Assembly (NCBI GenBank): GCA_964567765.1 | Contig: CAZMNZ010000001.1 | Coordinates: 60,573-124,572, forward strand | DNA length: 64,000 nt | Source of the DNA: an uncultured Muribaculaceae bacterium | GTDB lineage: Bacteria; Bacteroidota; Bacteroidia; Bacteroidales; UBA932 | Direction: 5' to 3' | Shown: positions 59,102-64,000 of the stretch, piece by piece | Layout: each line of letters starts with the position of its first letter | How positions within the stretch are numbered: position 1 is the first letter of the stretch | Translations under genes and position numbers: made by a program | Notes under the pieces: generated by a model | Database searches by the model: none | Told to the model about the DNA's origin: nothing | Seen by the model: the letters and a program-made list of their open reading frames with translations, nothing else

Positions 59102-60220
59102 ATGAACGGACAAACTTTTATATTTGGAAAACCTGTAGAAGGGGACTTTTTTACAGATCGTGAGGCTGAGACAAAGCGACTTGTTGCCAACTTCAAAGGT
59201 GGGATTTCTACTTTCCTCCTTTCACCACGTAGATGGGGAAAGACTTCCTTGATACAAAAGGTAATGAAAGAAGTTCAGTCTGATCATCTTAAGGTGGTCT
59301 TTGTCGATGTGTTCAAATGTAAGTCACCTATAGAGTTTGCTGAGACTGTCGCTTCTGCTGTGCTGGCCCAGACCGCATCTAAGACAGAGGAGTTTATAGA
59401 AAATGCAAAGTCGTTCTTGGGTAGGATCAATCTTGGGGTGAATCTGTCACCAGATCCATTGTCGACGTTTGATTTAAAGTTAGGGTTATCCGATGATAAA
59501 GCAGATATATCCAATGCTTTGAGTGTGCCGGAAAGAATAGCTGCCAAAAAGAACGTAAGGATTGTTGTCTGCATCGATGAATTCCAGCAGATTAACGAAT
59601 TTCCGGAAGCGATTGCTTTTCAGAAAGAACTACGTACAATATGGCAGCACCAAAAGGATGTTACATATTGCCTTTTTGGAAGTAAGAAGCATATGATGGA
59701 AAGCCTTTTCAATACAAATGAGAAGGCGTTTTTCAAGTTTGCCGATATAATATATCTTAAGACGATACCGTTGAGTTATTGGCAAGACTTCATAACCAAG
59801 AAATTTGAAAAAGCAGGAAAGAGGATAACCCCTCAGCAGATAGAACAAATCTGTGAGACGGTCCAATATCATTCTTCCTATGTTCAGCAACTTTGCTGGT
59901 ATGTTTTCTTGGAATCATCTGATGAGGTAACTACAGATGATATAAATGTTGGAGTAGAAGAACTGATATGCCAGAATACCCCGTTATTTGAGACATGGAC
60001 AGAAAACCTTGGTGCTTACCAGATGAGGTTGCTTACTGCTGTGGCAGATGGAATACATGACGGCTTGTCTTCAGCAGATGTTATAAGAAAGTATAGACTA
60101 GTTTCATCAGCGAACGTCGTAGCTGTGAAGAAAAGTCTCCTTGATAGGAACCTTATATATTCAGACGACAAGAGGGTATATCTGACTGATCCTATAATGG
60201 GTATGTGGCTTAGAAGATAG
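59102..60220 (+). CDS. P-loop ATPase (archaeal-ATPase/AAA-like)
   Basis: FTDRE, SPRRWGKTS, IDEFQ, FGS; TACTTTTG box upstream. Confidence 0.85.
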   Translation: MNGQTFIFGKPVEGDFFTDREAETKRLVANFKGGISTFLLSPRRWGKTSLIQKVMKEVQSDHLKVVFVDVFKCKSPIEFAETVASAVLAQTASKTEEFIENAKSFLGRINLGVNLSPDPLSTFDLKLGLSDDKADISNALSVPERIAAKKNVRIVVCIDEFQQINEFPEAIAFQKELRTIWQHQKDVTYCLFGSKKHMMESLFNTNEKAFFKFADIIYLKTIPLSYWQDFITKKFEKAGKRITPQQIEQICETVQYHSSYVQQLCWYVFLESSDEVTTDDINVGVEELICQNTPLFETWTENLGAYQMRLLTAVADGIHDGLSSADVIRKYRLVSSANVVAVKKSLLDRNLIYSDDKRVYLTDPIMGMWLRR

Positions 60221-60228
60221 TCACAACA

Positions 60229-60310
60229 GTGACCGCCGGGTCACCGACAGAATAGTTGCGTTCCATTGCATGGACTTCGTCTATTCCATAAGCTTTGACG
60301 GGAATGCAAA
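60229..60310. repeat. REP-like double-hairpin repeat, copy 3 (diverged)
   Basis: GTGACC-GCCG-GGTCAC, GAATAG, TTGCGTTCC..GGACTTCGTC..GGAATGCAA. Confidence 0.75.
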
Positions 60311-60359
60311 AATAGTCTGCATGTCGACAGATTTTGCAGTAGCAGTTTGCGTTGTGATG

Positions 60360-60707
60360 CTACTCGTTCCTCCAATCTGCAATGTTTTTGATCTGCATGA
60401 AGACTTCATCGTCAAATTCGATGAGGTCTTCGTCTTTCAAGACGCCATCGCAATATAGATTGACAATAGTCATGAAATACCTTGAACCGCTCAATCCGTC
60501 ATATCTGTCTGCTATATGCTTGTCGAACTTATTTGTCAGCTTATAGATCTCAAGATAGCGTTGATGGTTGGGCTTAGTGAGTTTTGTGTTCAGGTGATGC
60601 CCTACTAATGTCTTCATTCTAAGGTTGAAGACAGCACACTCGCGTTCAAGCGCTGTGTCGATGAGCCTCTTGGCAATTCTTTTCTGTTCTTTGTTCAGGT
60701 CCACCAT
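60360..60707 (-). CDS. Hypothetical protein
   Basis: 115 aa, DKHIADRYDGLSGSRY. Confidence 0.7.
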   Translation of the reverse strand: MVDLNKEQKRIAKRLIDTALERECAVFNLRMKTLVGHHLNTKLTKPNHQRYLEIYKLTNKFDKHIADRYDGLSGSRYFMTIVNLYCDGVLKDEDLIEFDDEVFMQIKNIADWRNE

Positions 60708-60728
60708 AATTGAAACATTTTTGAAATT

Positions 60729-61530
60729 TTATTTGTTCATCTCGGATTCTGCTTCCTCTGCAGTAATCAGCTCAAAACGTCTAAAGGACTTACCATCCCT
60801 CTCGATTATCTCCTCGAACATAGCTCGAGGTCTTACCCATATTTCTCTGTCTCCGTACATAGCTTGATAGACAACGATGTCATCAAAGGTCTCTGAATGC
60901 TTGGCTATGTGTAAGACTTTGTAGATGTTACCCTTGAAGTGTCTGTAGTATTGACCTGTAATATCAATGGGTTTTACCATGTGTTTCATCTTGTGTCCGA
61001 AGAAATCCTTGTCGTCGACATATCTGAATCCTAGTCGAGTATAAAGGGCTTCAGCCTGTGGCTTGTCTTCATCAACTATCAATCCGACGACTTTGTGTCC
61101 GAGCAAGGCTGCTCTCTCAATCTGAGATTCAAATAGCATTGAGGCGAAGCCTCTTCCTCGACATTCGGGAAGTACACCTACGGAATCAAAGGTAAAATTC
61201 TCCCGCTTCTGTTTCTTTCAACTGAGCAAAGCCGGAATCATTCCCGAGAAGATCAACGACCGGCTGTTTTAATCTCTTATAGTCTGATCCATCGTAGCCG
61301 CACATCGCACCCACTATCTTTCCATCCATCTCTGCTATGAATGTGTTTTCACAGCTGTAGATGGTCTCTTCCGTCGCAGAGATGGCGGTAACAGCCTCGC
61401 AAAGTTGCTCATATGTGATGTTATTCGATTCAAGAATCTGCTCTACAGGCCATGCCCGCATCAGCAGCTGAGCGACCTGTGATGCCTCATCCATCCGAGC
61501 TTTACGAATAATGATTCCGTTCATAGTCAT
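60729..61530 (-). pseudogene. GNAT acetyltransferase-DUF1653 fusion split by a +1 frameshift
   Basis: EFYL* then +1 frame DSVGVLPECRGRGFASMLF (GNAT motif A) continuing into YRHFKGNIYKV (DUF1653). Confidence 0.8.
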
Positions 61531-62255
61531 CTTTTCTTCAAAGGTTCCCAGATATATGTGGTCAGGAATGACTTGTCCATGTTCTCAACCATCCTTTCGA
61601 ACATCGGTGCAGCGACAGAGAATGTCAGCAGGTCTGGCTTCACGCAGGTACGCATGGCTGTATCCATTCCTCCGAGGATGGCACGAGGGTTCTCCTTCCT
61701 GGCTTCATCAAAGGCGAATGTCAACATCTGTTCGCATCCGGAACCGAATGGAACGATTACATTGTCTATACGGGTGTTGTCGAAACCGGAAAGTGTATGC
61801 AGGGCAGAAATGACATCCGGCTTGGCAAAGAAGACATAGATAGAAGGCTTATCAGTCTCTGTAAGCTTATCCAGTGGCTTGAATATAAGATATCTCCCGG
61901 TAGGGTGTGCCACAGGATTGATTTGATGAAGTATATTTGTCTGCTCTCGGTCGCATTTGAACTTCTCAATGTTTACAAGCAAATTGACTGTGATATCCTC
62001 ATGATAAGGTCCACCGAATATGTTGCGGAGTGCTCCCCAGCAGCCGATATTCTCCGCATCAAAGGCGAGGGAGGTTCCGTGATGCACTTTAGAAATCTGG
62101 GCAAACAGGCATACGTACCCGCGTTTGTTTTGAGGTGGTGCAGGTACATATTCAGCATCACTCAGTTCATTACTGTAGAATACAGCAACGGGAAGTTCTG
62201 CCTGTGGGAAATATTGCTGCCATTTTTCCAAAACGGTCTGAAAGAAAGGATTCAT
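61527..62255 (-). CDS. DUF169 family protein
   Basis: ELPVAVFYS, PFGSGC, LGGMD..R. Confidence 0.75.
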   Translation of the reverse strand: MNPFFQTVLEKWQQYFPQAELPVAVFYSNELSDAEYVPAPPQNKRGYVCLFAQISKVHHGTSLAFDAENIGCWGALRNIFGGPYHEDITVNLLVNIEKFKCDREQTNILHQINPVAHPTGRYLIFKPLDKLTETDKPSIYVFFAKPDVISALHTLSGFDNTRIDNVIVPFGSGCEQMLTFAFDEARKENPRAILGGMDTAMRTCVKPDLLTFSVAAPMFERMVENMDKSFLTTYIWEPLKKR

Positions 62256-62259
62256 CGCT

Positions 62260-62967
62260 TTATTTGTTTATTCTTCGTTTGACAATTGAAAATGCCTTTT
62301 GGAACAATGCTGAGTCATCCATCGTGTCCAGCATCTCCTTGAATCTGCACATCGGTATGGTGAATGTTAGTTCATTTTCCGGCACAAGCGGTCTTGCAGA
62401 CGGATCGAACATGCCGAGGAAGCATCTGCGTCCTCCTTTTCTATGTTCATTGACAGCGAAGGTCACTGCCGCAGCACAACCTGATGCGAACTGAGCAGTC
62501 ACGGCATCATATGAGTTGTTGTCGTAGAATGTCCATGTGCTTAATCCGGACAAGATATCAGGTGTCGCGAAGAAAAGCATAGCCTCCGCATCGTTCCAAC
62601 TCTTGAGCTTGTCAATTCTGACAAAATTCAGATAAGTTTTTTCTGCAAGCTTGATTCCAAGGGAGTCCGCATACTCGCGAACCATATCCTGTGATTTCTT
62701 ATAATGTTCCACCTCTGAGACGAATACCGGCACCCTTTCAGGCATCTCCTTGAACGCTGTGTAGAATCCACCACCACCGCAGATGACATTCTCCGCACAG
62801 AGGGTCAGTGATTCTCCGTCACGTACCTTGCTGATACGTCCTATCATACACTTAGGCACGGAACCTACCTCAGATACGGGAGTATTACTATATCCTAATG
62901 CTATCGGAAGGGGAGCAGTTTCTCCGAAGGCTTCGCGGAATCGCTCTATGAATCTTTCTATCGTCAT
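62260..62967 (-). CDS. DUF169 family protein
   Basis: CGGG, FASGC, GMFDPSARP. Confidence 0.75.
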   Translation of the reverse strand: MTIERFIERFREAFGETAPLPIALGYSNTPVSEVGSVPKCMIGRISKVRDGESLTLCAENVICGGGGFYTAFKEMPERVPVFVSEVEHYKKSQDMVREYADSLGIKLAEKTYLNFVRIDKLKSWNDAEAMLFFATPDILSGLSTWTFYDNNSYDAVTAQFASGCAAAVTFAVNEHRKGGRRCFLGMFDPSARPLVPENELTFTIPMCRFKEMLDTMDDSALFQKAFSIVKRRINK

Positions 62968-62986
62968 AGTATTGAATAAAGTCTTA

Positions 62987-63307
62987 TTATCCTAATCTGA
63001 CGGCTGTTCCTGATGCAGTTACCATAAGCATTCCGCCTCCTTCTCCGAGTACCTCATAGTCGATGTCGATTCCTACGACAGCATCGGCTCCCATAGCTCT
63101 TGCCCTGTCTTCGAGTTCCTTCAAGGCCTTTGTCCTTGCTGAAAGCAGCTCGTTCTCATATGAACTTGAACGTCCGCCGATGATGTTACGGATGCTTGCT
63201 CCGAAATCCTTGAGGAAGTTAACGCCGCTGATCACTTCTCCGAATACTATTCCCTTGTATTCCACTATATTGCGTCCTTCTATTGTCTGAGTTGTTGTGA
63301 GTATCAT
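62987..63307 (-). CDS. YbjQ/UPF0145 family protein
   Basis: [27 protein letters not shown]. Confidence 0.9.
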   Translation of the reverse strand: MILTTTQTIEGRNIVEYKGIVFGEVISGVNFLKDFGASIRNIIGGRSSSYENELLSARTKALKELEDRARAMGADAVVGIDIDYEVLGEGGGMLMVTASGTAVRLG

Positions 63308-63321
63308 AATTGTAGTTGTTA

Positions 63322-63963
63322 TTATTGTTTTGCTAATTTAGAAATATCCCTGCATTCAATGGCAGCCTTGTGGTATCCGTTCTTTGATACTTCGATCATC
63401 GCTCCAGCGACCTCGTGCATTGTGTTCCACATACCGGTGAGCTTGATGAAAGGATACATGGCCCAGAAAATGTACTGCATCGTCTGAATCCTCTTCTGAC
63501 CTTTGTATCTCCACATGATGGCCGGACGGAAGTTATATGCTCCCTTGAAAGGCATTGCCACAAGGGCATCTTCAGTGCTTTTCTTGACCCTGACCCACAT
63601 CTGCTTTGTGTTGCTGTAGTTACCGGCTCCGCTCAGATATACGAATGTAATCTTCTCCTTCGGTCCTACAATATTTGCAAAATGAAGAGGGATGTCATGG
63701 CTGATGCCGACATACTGTTCCTCCTTGAGCCCGACACTGCTTATGCCTGCGATGAAGAATACTGCGTCATATCCCTGTAGTTTCGGGTCACCTTCCCTAA
63801 GTTCCATAAACTCCGGGACGATATATTCTTCGAGTTTAGGATGTGAATGTCCGCAAGGTTTTCTGCTTACGCTGAGTACCTTTTCGATTTCGGGATTGTC
63901 AAGACAGGCGAGCATTACTCCCTCTCCGACATAACCTGTTGTTCCTGTGATGATTATTTTCAT
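63322..63963 (-). CDS. NAD(P)-binding epimerase/SDR-like protein
   Basis: [11 protein letters not shown]ossmann motif. Confidence 0.85.
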   Translation of the reverse strand: MKIIITGTTGYVGEGVMLACLDNPEIEKVLSVSRKPCGHSHPKLEEYIVPEFMELREGDPKLQGYDAVFFIAGISSVGLKEEQYVGISHDIPLHFANIVGPKEKITFVYLSGAGNYSNTKQMWVRVKKSTEDALVAMPFKGAYNFRPAIMWRYKGQKRIQTMQYIFWAMYPFIKLTGMWNTMHEVAGAMIEVSKNGYHKAAIECRDISKLAKQ

Positions 63964-64000
63964 AGTTCATTGAATATATGTTCTGCAATCATTCGTGTAC

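Noticed and set aside
58091..60310. Repeats as CRISPR array or hammerhead ribozyme
   Set aside because: Spacing is gene-sized, no cas genes, and the CUGANGA/GAAA core is not properly present

Overview
Bacteroidales-type DNA (TTTG-N~20-TAnnTTTG promoters, AT-rich starts) that reads as the accessory or early region of a large mobile element (ICE or megaplasmid). No integrase, relaxase or tra genes lie in the window. Left to right: (1) a leftward phosphoesterase/HAD/RhuM-Fic block headed by a putative leader-peptide attenuator; (2) a PRTRC ubiquitin-like operon, a methyltransferase-SF2 helicase and a HExxH-vWA operon; (3) cargo including ArsC, RloAB, DjlA, HU, a degenerate kinase-AAA fusion, WG-repeat proteins, YbeY, FtsK, a five-gene ADP-ribose/NAD cluster, a radical SAM enzyme and two CLec-like paralogs; (4) a Rad52-like/YqaJ/SSB recombination block, a Panacea-domain protein and HipBA; (5) metabolic and TA cassettes separated by a thrice-repeated REP-like double hairpin. 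The most striking signal is five ~180-200 bp long-hairpin elements, each just upstream of a + strand operon and each carrying a Bacteroidetes -33/-7 promoter on the opposite strand of its left arm. That is the geometry expected of single-stranded-DNA (Frpo-like) promoters. All family calls are from motif recognition by eye; no searches were run.
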